Below are positions 20,759 to 30,402 of a stretch of 64,000 nt of DNA, in pieces; the first letter of the stretch is position 1; each line of letters begins with the position of its first letter. The stretch comes from a virus (lineage: Duplodnaviria; Caudoviricetes). The stretch lies in the IMG/VR virus record IMGVR_UViG_3300044695_004869. The stretch is one strand, 5' to 3'. The position numbers were made by a program, and so were the translations under genes. Under the pieces are notes generated by a model, which was given only the letters and a program-made list of their open reading frames with translations, searched no databases and had not been told where the DNA came from.

Positions 20759-21267
20759 AGTCCTCTAAATTCATTTGGTCCAACAGGTGATGCACTTATT
20801 GTACGATAAAAAGGTTTATAACCTGCATAGGTATGTTTATTGTCAGATACGACACGACCATCATTATTAACCGTATAGTATCTAACTAACGTTTCAGTTT
20901 CATAATAACCAATGTAATCACCAAAATTAATATCAATTCCTAAATCATCTAAAGTTTTTTGGTAAACTGAAATTCTTATATTACCCGGTTCCATTTGATC
21001 CACTCTTGTTGAACCTAATAATTTATTTTCAGGTGCCGATACTTGTACAAAAGCATTAAATTCAATTGGAGGTAAAAACTTAATACCATCTGATACAGTT
21101 TCACCATATACATCATCTGTTTTTGTTTTGTATCTATCAACACGATATAGTACACAGGTAAAATTCATATCACCCACCAACCATTCTTCTCCCATTGAAA
21201 TGTCAAGGTCGAAATCGTTTGATCCAAAAAATTTACCTATCCTTGTAATAGGAACTTTATTTGCCAT
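20755..21267 (-). CDS. Neck/head-closure protein (T4 gp14-like)
   Basis: LYRVDRYKTKTDDVYGET...GDYIGY...YYTV; synteny with tail terminator. Confidence 0.65.
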   Translation of the reverse strand: MANKVPITRIGKFFGSNDFDLDISMGEEWLVGDMNFTCVLYRVDRYKTKTDDVYGETVSDGIKFLPPIEFNAFVQVSAPENKLLGSTRVDQMEPGNIRISVYQKTLDDLGIDINFGDYIGYYETETLVRYYTVNNDGRVVSDNKHTYAGYKPFYRTISASPVGPNEFRGL

Positions 21268-21326
21268 ATTTTCGGTATTTATTGATAAATATCTTTTTTA
21301 TTGTTATTTTTATTAAAAAGGAAAAT

Positions 21327-23090
21327 TTGGATATTAATCAATCATTAATAGAACGAAAAGCGTTAGAATTGTTAGACACCTATTCAGGTGCTAATAACTA
21401 TATTCTATACCTTAAAACCAAAAAAGAAACTAATAAAAAGTTTTACCCAACAAGAACCCAATCAGATTACATTATTAACTATTTAAATACCACACCAAAG
21501 ATTGCTCGTAAGTGGGTTGAGTTGGATACTTACTTCGCTAAAAAGTTTGCCGAAGAAAAGTATCTACTTGAAACTCCTGAAAATATCTTTATAGAAAAGT
21601 TGTTGGTTGAGAAAGAAAAATCTTATCACGTTTGGGCTAAATTCTTTGAGAAAGACAAATTAAGTGAATTTTGGATACCTAAATCCGCTCTTATTAAATC
21701 ACATAATGTTGAGAAGGTTGATGTTGATTATACTAAATATAGTCATAGACCACCGCTACAACATCAAAAAGAAGCAATAGAAAAATTAGCAGGATCAAGA
21801 AGATTTATTCTTGCTGATGATATGGGACTTGGTAAAACAACCGCAACAATTATTGCTGCCTTAGAAACGGGAGCGAAGAAAATATTAATTATTTGTCCCG
21901 CTTCATTAAAGATTAATTGGCAACGTGAAATTGAAAATTATTCAGATAGATCTGTATATATTGCCGAGGGTAAGAAATTTTCAACTGAATCTGATTTTGT
22001 TATCGTTAACTACGATATCCTAAAAAACTTCCACGATATGAAGGATAAGGATAAATCTTTATTAAACCAATCTGAATTTGAATTGGTTATTTTAGATGAG
22101 GCTCATATGATATCTAACCCCCAAGCACAACGAACAAAGATTATTAATCATTATGTGAAAAATATTAAAAGAGTTTGGTTATTGACGGGAACACCAATGA
22201 CATCTCGTCCAATGAACTATTATAACCTATTAAACATTATTGAATCTCCCGTCGCACAGAATTGGATGGCTTATGCTATTCGTTATTGTCAGGGATATCA
22301 ATTTACCGCGGGAAAAAGAAAAGTTTGGAATGTTACGGGAGCTTCTAACTTGGAAGAATTAAGAGATAGAACCTCAAAACAAATCCTTCGTAGATTAAAA
22401 GAAGACGTATTAGATCTACCCGATAAAATTATTTCACCAGTGTATCTTAGATTGAAATCCAAGGATTATGAAGAATTGATGGGGGAATATTATGATTGGT
22501 TTGATAATAAGAAAGATGAATCGTCTTCATTAACTGTTCAATTCTCAAAACTAATGAAAGTTAGAAAAGTTATTGCTAACGAGAAAACAAAACAAACGAT
22601 TGAGTTTGCTGAGAATATTATTGAACAAGGTAAGAAGGTAATTATCTTCACAAACTTCACAGATACTTTACAAACAATTTATCAACACTTCGGTAAACAA
22701 GCGGTTTATCTTGATGGTAGTTGTTCTAAACCTCATCGTCAACACGCTGTAGATGAATTTCAGGATAATGAAAAAATAAAAGTATTTGTCGGTAACTTAA
22801 AGGCCGCTGGTGTTGGTTTAACATTGACTGCCGCTGAGGTTGTGATAATGAATGACTTATCATTTGTCCCTGCGGAACACGCTCAGGCTGAAGATAGAGC
22901 GTATCGTTATGGTCAGAAATCAAATGTTTTAGTTTATTACCCCCTATATGAAAACACCATTGAAGGTGCCGTTTATGATATATTAAATCGTAAAAAAGAA
23001 ATCATCCGAACCGTAATGGGTGATGAACAACCTGAAAATACAGGAGATGTTGTTGAGGAAATTTTATCTTTAATAAACAAAAGAAGATAA
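21327..23090 (+). CDS. SNF2/SMARCAL1-like DEAH helicase
   Basis: ILADDMGLGKT (I), DEAH (II), LLTGTP (III), AAGVGLTLT (V), QAEDRAYRYGQ (VI). TTG at 21327 is the likelier start; the track start at 21261 overlaps the divergent gene. Confidence 0.9.
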   Translation: MDINQSLIERKALELLDTYSGANNYILYLKTKKETNKKFYPTRTQSDYIINYLNTTPKIARKWVELDTYFAKKFAEEKYLLETPENIFIEKLLVEKEKSYHVWAKFFEKDKLSEFWIPKSALIKSHNVEKVDVDYTKYSHRPPLQHQKEAIEKLAGSRRFILADDMGLGKTTATIIAALETGAKKILIICPASLKINWQREIENYSDRSVYIAEGKKFSTESDFVIVNYDILKNFHDMKDKDKSLLNQSEFELVILDEAHMISNPQAQRTKIINHYVKNIKRVWLLTGTPMTSRPMNYYNLLNIIESPVAQNWMAYAIRYCQGYQFTAGKRKVWNVTGASNLEELRDRTSKQILRRLKEDVLDLPDKIISPVYLRLKSKDYEELMGEYYDWFDNKKDESSSLTVQFSKLMKVRKVIANEKTKQTIEFAENIIEQGKKVIIFTNFTDTLQTIYQHFGKQAVYLDGSCSKPHRQHAVDEFQDNEKIKVFVGNLKAAGVGLTLTAAEVVIMNDLSFVPAEHAQAEDRAYRYGQKSNVLVYYPLYENTIEGAVYDILNRKKEIIRTVMGDEQPENTGDVVEEILSLINKRR

Positions 23091-23104
23091 ATTTCTCAAA
23101 AAAT

Positions 23105-23135
23105 TTTGTCAGTATTAAAAAATATTATATCTTTG
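23105..23135 (+). promoter_or_regulatory. Bacteroidota primary-sigma promoter (-33 TTTG, 19-nt spacer, -7 TATCTTTG)
   Basis: TTTG at 23105-23108 and TATCTTTG at 23128-23135, 20 nt before ATG 23156. Confidence 0.75.
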
Positions 23136-23155
23136 ACAAAATTTAAAAACTTTTT

Positions 23156-23998
23156 ATGGGAAAATTTCAAAAACAAGCAGCAAAAAAATACAAATACAAA
23201 CAATCTATGGTTAAACGAGATTTGTATTTAGAATTATCTGATTCCGAATTTTATGGGTTTTCATACGCTCATTTAACACCATCGGGATACGGATCAAAAA
23301 TTGAAAAAAGGTTAATGACTAAACTTGGTGTGGGTAAAGTTAATCGTAATGATATCAAAGGCGACTTTGTTACTAAATCAAAAAGTAAAAATAAACTGTA
23401 TGGTGAAATTAAAACAACTTATTTAGATGTTGATGGGTTTTATCATGTAACACATATTCGTCAATGGCATGAATTTGATGTTTATTTATTATGTTTTATA
23501 AATCCTACAACTTGTAAGGCGGAATATATTATGGTTAAAAAAGATGTTTTTAATCAATTACCATTAACTAACATGAATTTAACTAGTAACGATAATCAAG
23601 AAAATAATCATGTTGAGAAGAGGTTTTCTTTAACAGAAAATTCTGATTACATGAAATTTTTTAAAAGTGAAAACTTATTAAAATCTACAAGTTTTAAAGA
23701 TTTGTCTAATTATATTGATCAACGTGACTATTTTTATGGTAAACTTGAATTAAAAATTAATGATTATATTATGGATGCAATAATAAATTTATATAATATT
23801 TCATGTAAAACAAAAAACTATAATTATTTTTTTAAAAAAGTTTGTGATCATATATGGGACTCAATAAATAAAGATTTTGGAGATCAACCAAAAAGAAGAT
23901 TATTAAATAAGTTTGTAAAAAATACATTTAATGATGTTATTTTAAATTATTATATGAGATATAATTTATTATTTGATGATGAAAATCCTGAATTATAG
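23156..23998 (+). CDS. PD-(D/E)xK restriction-endonuclease-like protein
   Basis: GSKIEKRL...KGDFV...YGEIKT pattern (E..D..ExK); has its own promoter and terminator. Confidence 0.5.
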   Translation: MGKFQKQAAKKYKYKQSMVKRDLYLELSDSEFYGFSYAHLTPSGYGSKIEKRLMTKLGVGKVNRNDIKGDFVTKSKSKNKLYGEIKTTYLDVDGFYHVTHIRQWHEFDVYLLCFINPTTCKAEYIMVKKDVFNQLPLTNMNLTSNDNQENNHVEKRFSLTENSDYMKFFKSENLLKSTSFKDLSNYIDQRDYFYGKLELKINDYIMDAIINLYNISCKTKNYNYFFKKVCDHIWDSINKDFGDQPKRRLLNKFVKNTFNDVILNYYMRYNLLFDDENPEL

Positions 23999-24024
23999 AA
24001 TAATAAAAATATAATTTAATATAT

Positions 24025-24051
24025 AAAACCTCATTAACTTGGGGTTTTTTT
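24025..24051 (+). terminator. Intrinsic terminator
   Basis: AAAACCTCA-TTAACT-TGGGGTTTT plus T tract. Confidence 0.75.
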
Positions 24052-24085
24052 ATTTTTACTACTATTTATTTGGAAACAACTAAAT

Positions 24086-24487
24086 ATGAAAAAAATCGTA
24101 AGGTTAACCGAATCTGATTTGGCAAGAATAATTAAAAGAGTTATAAAAGAAAATCAAAATGATATTCCATCTCAAATTATGGAATGTGCTTCTGAAGTAT
24201 TAACACTATCAGATCTTACTAAAATCCCAACTTGTTTGGAATTAGCTATGGGGGTTATGACCGATAAGAAAATACCAACAGATATTTTTAAAGTAATGGC
24301 TTGTGGTACAGAATTATCTAAATTAAATAAAACATCACAAGATGGAGTAGAATTTATGAATTGTGTTTTAGGTAAAATTGGAACATCAAATCCGGTTATG
24401 AACTATACCCCTAAAACCGATCGTTTAGGTGATGGTGGTGAATTTGAACGAATGGTGGGAATAAACCAAATGAAAAGAGGAAAATAA
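24086..24487 (+). CDS. Hypothetical, putative head-packaged protein
   Basis: N-terminal MKKIVRLTESDLARIIKRVIKE leader with L/I-x-E sites. Confidence 0.5.
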   Translation: MKKIVRLTESDLARIIKRVIKENQNDIPSQIMECASEVLTLSDLTKIPTCLELAMGVMTDKKIPTDIFKVMACGTELSKLNKTSQDGVEFMNCVLGKIGTSNPVMNYTPKTDRLGDGGEFERMVGINQMKRGK

Positions 24488-24864
24488 TGAATAATAGTAG
24501 AAGTCAAACCAAAATTAGAAGAACTCAGCAAGTAAATCTAATTGCTGAACAAAGATATCTTAAACAAAAAGGTTTATTAACTGAAAACATAGATGTTTTT
24601 ATGGAATGTTTTGATACTTTTGGATTAACAATTGATCAAATTCCACAAAGTTGTATGTCAGTTACAAATAAAGAAGAATTTCTTAATTGTAGAAAAGAAA
24701 TAAATTTGGCAATTATGAGAATGAATAAATCCAATGAATTAACACCTCTACTTACTTGTTTAGAAACCAAAGCACAAAATTTAGGTTTATTTATTGAACC
24801 CCTTAACATAGAGGAACCACCTTCAGAAGAAGAGGGCGAAGAAACCCCTGAAGAAGGAAAATAA
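24487..24864 (+). CDS. Hypothetical, putative head-packaged protein
   Basis: Translationally coupled to the previous gene; LIAE/LLTE sites; acidic C-terminus. Confidence 0.45.
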   Translation: MNNSRSQTKIRRTQQVNLIAEQRYLKQKGLLTENIDVFMECFDTFGLTIDQIPQSCMSVTNKEEFLNCRKEINLAIMRMNKSNELTPLLTCLETKAQNLGLFIEPLNIEEPPSEEEGEETPEEGK

Positions 24865-24869
24865 AATTA

Positions 24870-24900
24870 TAAACCCACCATAAGGTGGGTTTTTTATTTT
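24870..24900 (+). terminator. Intrinsic terminator
   Basis: AAACCCACC-ATAA-GGTGGGTTT plus T tract. Confidence 0.8.
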
Positions 24901-24918
24901 ATAAGATATTTATGGTTA

Positions 24919-26013
24919 ATGAAAGTAACTATTAAACATATAAAATGCGATATGTCCAAAGAGGACAAAAAATTGGTGGAGGATTTTTTAAAATATTTAC
25001 AAAAAAAATATCCCGTAAAAAATGATGTTACTGTTTTATTTTTAGGTGAAAAAACAGATGGTATGTCTACGGGGAGTAGAAATGAAAATTCAGAACTTAA
25101 AATTTTAACTAAAGGTAGAATTAATAGAGATGTTTGTAGAACACTGGCTCACGAATGGGTACACGAGTGGCAAAGATCAACCAAAGGTATGGAGAGAGGA
25201 CCTGATATCGGAGGTCCAAATGAAGATGAAGCAAATTCAGAAGCCGGTTCAGTACTAAAAAAGTTTGAACGTGATTTTCCCCAACACGAAAAATTAATGT
25301 ATGAAGGTTTAATTGGTATTGGTAAAAAAATTAATTTAATAACAGAACAACTTGTATTGGCGGAAAAAGAAAACATCCGTGAAGATTTCTTAATGGAAAT
25401 GAAAAAAATTGGTATTGATAAATTACCTTATTCATATTCGGCATTAAATAAGTTTGTGGATCCTGAAACTATGAACACTCACTATAACAAACATTACAAA
25501 GGATATGTTAAAAAATTAAACGATGCTTTATCAAAAAAAGATTATGGTGATGTTGAGTTAGAAGATATTGTTAAATCAATTGGTAAATACAATACAACAA
25601 TAAGAAATAATGCTGGTGGTGCGTTTAATCACGCTTTGTTTTGGAAGATGTTGTCACCAAAAAGACAGAAACCAAGTGGTGAAGTATTTGAAAAAATTAC
25701 CAAACAATATGGGAACATTAAAAAAATGAAGGACGAATTTAACCAATCAGCTAAAGATAGATTTGGTTCAGGATGGGTATGGTTGGTTCTTACTAAAACA
25801 GGAAGATTAAAAGTCATCTCAACACCAAACCAAGACAATCCTATGATGAGTGTCGTTAAAGATGGGGGATATCCATTGTTAGGTCTTGATGTATGGGAAC
25901 ACGCTTACTACTTACGTTATAGAAATAAACGAGACGAATACATTAAAAAGTTTTGGGATTACGTAAATTGGGAATTCGTTAATGAGCTATATCTATTGAG
26001 AACTAAAAAATAA
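24919..26013 (+). CDS. HExxH metallopeptidase-like domain fused to Fe/Mn superoxide dismutase
   Basis: N-terminal RTLAHEWVHEWQ...EDEANSEAG; C-terminal HYNKHYKGY, NNAGGAFNHALFW, FGSGWVWL, NQDNP, LGLDVWEHAYY. Confidence 0.9.
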   Translation: MKVTIKHIKCDMSKEDKKLVEDFLKYLQKKYPVKNDVTVLFLGEKTDGMSTGSRNENSELKILTKGRINRDVCRTLAHEWVHEWQRSTKGMERGPDIGGPNEDEANSEAGSVLKKFERDFPQHEKLMYEGLIGIGKKINLITEQLVLAEKENIREDFLMEMKKIGIDKLPYSYSALNKFVDPETMNTHYNKHYKGYVKKLNDALSKKDYGDVELEDIVKSIGKYNTTIRNNAGGAFNHALFWKMLSPKRQKPSGEVFEKITKQYGNIKKMKDEFNQSAKDRFGSGWVWLVLTKTGRLKVISTPNQDNPMMSVVKDGGYPLLGLDVWEHAYYLRYRNKRDEYIKKFWDYVNWEFVNELYLLRTKK

Positions 26014-26033
26014 GATATTTATAAATAAAAACT

Positions 26034-27158
26034 ATGTCAATAATTTCAGAACCAGAAAGAAGTAAATTATACACGAGAATTCGTCACCTATTAGGTGCTC
26101 CACTTCGTAGTGTTGAATTAGAGGATGAACAAATGGATACTTTGTTAGAGTTCTCTATTGATGATTATTCACAATACATCCAAGATTGGTTAATTGAATC
26201 TCAATGGTCTAATCTTTGGGGGTTAAATGTTGAAACACAATCTTTAGCGAAAGCTTTTGTTACAAAAAGTTTGGACTATGAAACAAGATATACATATGCA
26301 TACTCCAAGATTGTTGGTTTACAAGCCGGAGGGGATTACGTTTTAAAGAAAGATTATATCCAATTAGTTGAGAACCAACAAATTTATGAAATTCCTGCTT
26401 GTAGGGAAATTAACGAATTGTTATGGTTTTCACCGGCCGAATTAAATAATACATTAATTGACCCATGGACTTTTGGTGGTATTGCCGGTGGTGGTTTAGC
26501 TGGTCCTGCGGGATTTGCTCAAATGGGTAACTTGGCAGGTAGTTATTTTATGATGCCAGCGTTTGATATGTTATTAAGAATGCAAGAGATTAACATTCAA
26601 AGAAGAATTATTCAAGGGGATTTAACATATAGAATTACTGCATTACCTGATGGTAAGAAAGCAATACACTTAATGAATGTACCGGGTGGAAAATTTGACT
26701 TCGGTAACGGTACCTTAAGAAAAGGTAGAGTGTGGTATTGGTATTATGATGCTTGTGAGGAAGATAAAGACGATTGTTTAAAAAATAATCCCGATATTAT
26801 CCAAATGCCATCAGATGTTCCATTCCAACAAATGTCTTGGCAAGATCTAAATAATCCTGCTCAAGTATGGGTTCGTAGATGGTTCACAGCATATTGTAAA
26901 GAAACATTAGCAAGAGTAAGAGGTAAGTTTAGTGGAAACATCAAAACTCCTGACTCTGAATTAACTATGGATTATACATCATTGGCAACTGAAGCAAAAG
27001 ATGAGAAGACAAAATTAATTGATGAACTTATCGGACCTGAAGGTAGATTGACAAGATTGAAACCTGAAAAAGTAATGGAACGAGAAGCATTAATTGCTGA
27101 GAACTTAAATAAGTCACTTAAGTTTAGAGCAATGCCAAGACAAATATATGTAATCTAA
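26034..27158 (+). CDS. Neck/head-to-tail adaptor (T4 gp13-like)
   Basis: IRHLLGAPLRSVELEDEQMD...AYCKETLARVRGKFSGNIKTPDSELTMD..L..EA..E. Confidence 0.8.
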   Translation: MSIISEPERSKLYTRIRHLLGAPLRSVELEDEQMDTLLEFSIDDYSQYIQDWLIESQWSNLWGLNVETQSLAKAFVTKSLDYETRYTYAYSKIVGLQAGGDYVLKKDYIQLVENQQIYEIPACREINELLWFSPAELNNTLIDPWTFGGIAGGGLAGPAGFAQMGNLAGSYFMMPAFDMLLRMQEINIQRRIIQGDLTYRITALPDGKKAIHLMNVPGGKFDFGNGTLRKGRVWYWYYDACEEDKDDCLKNNPDIIQMPSDVPFQQMSWQDLNNPAQVWVRRWFTAYCKETLARVRGKFSGNIKTPDSELTMDYTSLATEAKDEKTKLIDELIGPEGRLTRLKPEKVMEREALIAENLNKSLKFRAMPRQIYVI

Positions 27159-27159
27159 T

Positions 27160-27507
27160 ATGCCAAATATTATTAAAATACCACAAAGAAAGATCGTAAC
27201 TAGAACAGAACAACCACAACAACAGTTACCTGTTGATTATGTGATTGTATCTGAACCTAACTATACGTCTAATGGTGAAAAATTAATTATTGCTAAAAAC
27301 GTGGATGAAACTATAATAGTATTGGATTCCACAAAAAATCAAAAAATAACAGTAAAAGTATTAACTAATGTCACGATAAAACCGGACATGAATAAAATTG
27401 ATGAGGAATGGGACGAACTCCAATTAGATTGGGGGGCTTGCGTACAGTTTCAGTTTGTAGAAGGAAACTGGTATATACTATCTTCAGACGGGTTGAAGAT
27501 GTCTTAA
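27160..27507 (+). CDS. Hypothetical (probable virion) protein
   Basis: Coupled to neck gene; beta-rich, ...VQFQFVEGNWYILSSDG. Confidence 0.45.
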   Translation: MPNIIKIPQRKIVTRTEQPQQQLPVDYVIVSEPNYTSNGEKLIIAKNVDETIIVLDSTKNQKITVKVLTNVTIKPDMNKIDEEWDELQLDWGACVQFQFVEGNWYILSSDGLKMS

Positions 27508-27525
27508 CCCTCATCATTTAGGATT

Positions 27526-30309
27526 TTATACGTATTGTTCCCAACCTTCTTCCGCTAACTCATACATATAGTTAGGATCAATACCAACTGATTGCCAAAA
27601 ATCAACTTCACCCTGTTCCATCTTAATAAGATTTTCATAAACATCATCTTGATCTTCAGGGCTAAATGGTTTTCCATTAATTAGTTTACATTGTTCTGTG
27701 GTGTAAAAACTTCTATCTTCGGGATTTTTAATTAACAATGTATCTCTTACCTCATCATCAAATACAATTAATAATGGTTCTACTCGTTTATTAAAAGTTG
27801 CGATTGCTCTCTGAATATTATATTCCCCTAACATTTCAGGATTGTTTTCTAAATCTGAAGGATCAATACGATAACAGTTCAATTCAATATGTGAACCAAG
27901 AACCGGCATTTTACCATGTTTCTCAAAATAAGCATCCTTATCTTTTTTAGTAATCTTCTCGTTAACTTTTTGAACATCCCCATGAGTTGCCTTTGTTCCA
28001 TTATTAACATATAAGATCATATCACCAAGATTTGCCTGAACCCCATCTCTAATAAGAAGTTCCATATGAGCCATTCGTGAATTAAGATTACCTGCCTTTG
28101 TGGTTTGTTTACTACGTTTAATGTAATCCTCAATAGATAATTTAACTTTAGATTTGGATGCAATCTCCGCTAATGGAACTCTTTGGTCGAAGATTTTTTC
28201 TAAGTATTCATAATACCACTCAATAAATTCTTTACCCTCACCTTTAAGTAATTGTTTCACTCCTTTATCTAAGAACTTCTCAATATACTTAGGCATCTTT
28301 TTGGATTTGATACTATTACCTGTTAATTTGATTTTACCGTTGTGTTCCATTGTTGCGTAGTTCTTACGTGCCAAGTTAATACAAGAATCCCAAGTACCAT
28401 CACAATCAAGTCCCATCTCACCTTTCATAAAGATATCATTAAACTCGGCAACATCGGCATCATAACCACGATACTCCTTACCTTCTTTAACCAACCAATT
28501 GTTACCTTTACCAATATAAACCCGATCATCAACACCACCCTCAGGTAATGAGAAGTTCATACCATCGGTATCACACACCAAAGGACTATATCCTCTCTTA
28601 CTAAAGAAGTTTAACATTTGCCTTAAGTATTGTCTACCTGTACAAGTGATCTGCTCTCCCATGTCAATATCTCCCCACGGGAATACCTGTGGTGCGGATA
28701 AAGATCCGAAGAATGCATTAATGAAGATCTTAATTGGTAATTGTTTACGGTCAAATGATGTAGATTTCTTTTTATCAATATCTTTATATTCCGCGGCCAA
28801 ATTCTTATACATGATACGAGAGTTACGGAAGTAAGTTAATAAACCTTTCATTGCTCCCGTTATATCACACTCAGGGAACACGTCGTGAACTAACTGAATG
28901 GATGGGTATAGTGAAGAGTAGTCAAGCTTAAGTACGTCCTTAGAGTATCCTACTTTAAGTAATCGTGATAGACCACCAACAAAACTTCTTCGTTCTTCTT
29001 TCTTGGGGATTGCCAAACCATATTTGTATGACCACGCTAACATTACCATTTTCCATAATGTTGCGGTACCCATTGTAGATGCTCGTTCATATGTTGTTGG
29101 AACTAAAGATGCTAATAGAAACGTTGCTTGGTTGAACTCGTCATCCACAATCAATGTTTCCTCAAGGTCATCGTCAAGATAACGCTCAACAATGTCGTCC
29201 CCCGTTGTTTTAAGATATACATCTCCTCGTCTTACACAGATATCATCTACCTTTGGATCAATACCGACTTTTTTATATTTACCATTTTCGGTATTTAACC
29301 AATACTCATCTTTCTCGGCGTACATTGGTCCAATACTTGTGTGGTCAATGTAAATACGATCAGGGGCTTCGGCATCAATATACTTTGTAATATACTTCAA
29401 ACCTGCCTCTTTAATATTTGAATTGATTGCTTGTGCTCTACGAACTGAGTGAATAATATCAATTACATTATATCCCCACATTTGAACTTGGTTATATCTC
29501 TCAACCTCATTTGCCAACTTTAACATTGACTCTCTTTGTGAGATTGTTTTCTTACCGTTCATTGATATAGCAATCTTTTTTATATCTAAATGTAATGCTT
29601 TACATCTCTCAAAAATCCAAAACCAGTCAAAGTTCGCCGAGTTATAACCCGCAATAATTGATGGTTTAGTATCGTCTATTGTTCTAAAGAACTCAACAAG
29701 ACCCGCTCGTTCCTCATCTTCATTTGAACATTCAATAACTTTTTGGAATCCTTTATTTGTTTTCATCCCGATCATGAAGATACGACCATCTTTTGGTTCT
29801 AATGCGGTCGTCTCAAGGTCAAATACAAATCTTGTAATGTCGTTGTATTCCTCAAATCCTTTAAACAATCTTTTCTCTTTTGAGATGAGGTATTGTTCCA
29901 CGGGAGAAACCATTAATATTTTATCTTTTGCTTTTTCACCCCACGGATCAATTCCACCATCACGGAAGAATTGGGTTAATGTACGATAACCTTTAATTGA
30001 TTTAACCATATATGTTAAACCATTCTCTAATCGTTCATTACCATCTGTTCGGAGTTTTTCTATGACAATACCATATTTACCCATTGCTTGTTTCTGTAAA
30101 GCTTTGGACCCTTCGTAAAAGTTAAGACCACGTAGATCACCAACCCAAGCAAACGCTATGAGGGAATCTTGTTGAATTACTTTACCTTTTCCCGGTACTT
30201 CTTTGATTTTAAAAATGTGGTCTGATACATAATCAAACTCTACAGCAACTATATGCTGTTCAGGATCATTTCCTTCTAGGAAACTTTTAATTTCTTCTTG
30301 TGATATCAT
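27526..30309 (-). CDS. Family B DNA polymerase
   Basis: Exo I FDLETT, Exo II GYNSANFD, motif A LDYSSLYPS, motif B KIFINAFFG, motif C CDTDG. Confidence 0.95.
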   Translation of the reverse strand: MISQEEIKSFLEGNDPEQHIVAVEFDYVSDHIFKIKEVPGKGKVIQQDSLIAFAWVGDLRGLNFYEGSKALQKQAMGKYGIVIEKLRTDGNERLENGLTYMVKSIKGYRTLTQFFRDGGIDPWGEKAKDKILMVSPVEQYLISKEKRLFKGFEEYNDITRFVFDLETTALEPKDGRIFMIGMKTNKGFQKVIECSNEDEERAGLVEFFRTIDDTKPSIIAGYNSANFDWFWIFERCKALHLDIKKIAISMNGKKTISQRESMLKLANEVERYNQVQMWGYNVIDIIHSVRRAQAINSNIKEAGLKYITKYIDAEAPDRIYIDHTSIGPMYAEKDEYWLNTENGKYKKVGIDPKVDDICVRRGDVYLKTTGDDIVERYLDDDLEETLIVDDEFNQATFLLASLVPTTYERASTMGTATLWKMVMLAWSYKYGLAIPKKEERRSFVGGLSRLLKVGYSKDVLKLDYSSLYPSIQLVHDVFPECDITGAMKGLLTYFRNSRIMYKNLAAEYKDIDKKKSTSFDRKQLPIKIFINAFFGSLSAPQVFPWGDIDMGEQITCTGRQYLRQMLNFFSKRGYSPLVCDTDGMNFSLPEGGVDDRVYIGKGNNWLVKEGKEYRGYDADVAEFNDIFMKGEMGLDCDGTWDSCINLARKNYATMEHNGKIKLTGNSIKSKKMPKYIEKFLDKGVKQLLKGEGKEFIEWYYEYLEKIFDQRVPLAEIASKSKVKLSIEDYIKRSKQTTKAGNLNSRMAHMELLIRDGVQANLGDMILYVNNGTKATHGDVQKVNEKITKKDKDAYFEKHGKMPVLGSHIELNCYRIDPSDLENNPEMLGEYNIQRAIATFNKRVEPLLIVFDDEVRDTLLIKNPEDRSFYTTEQCKLINGKPFSPEDQDDVYENLIKMEQGEVDFWQSVGIDPNYMYELAEEGWEQYV

Positions 30310-30332
30310 ATTATTAATATTGGTTCATTGGC

Positions 30333-30349
30333 TGCCGTGTATAACGACA
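30333..30349 (-). promoter_or_regulatory. Hairpin in DNA polymerase 5' leader
   Basis: Minus strand TGTCGT-TATAC-ACGGCA, GC-rich island in an AT-rich leader about 24 nt before the ATG. Confidence 0.35.
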
Positions 30350-30402
30350 TTCACCTTATATCAATAAATATAAAATAAAAATAATTTTAAGTCAAACTAT
30401 TT

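Noticed and set aside
1-21267. Bacterial contractile injection system (eCIS/tailocin) instead of a phage
   Set aside because: Neck/head-joining genes, a PolB, a helicase and phage-style gene packing indicate a complete virus
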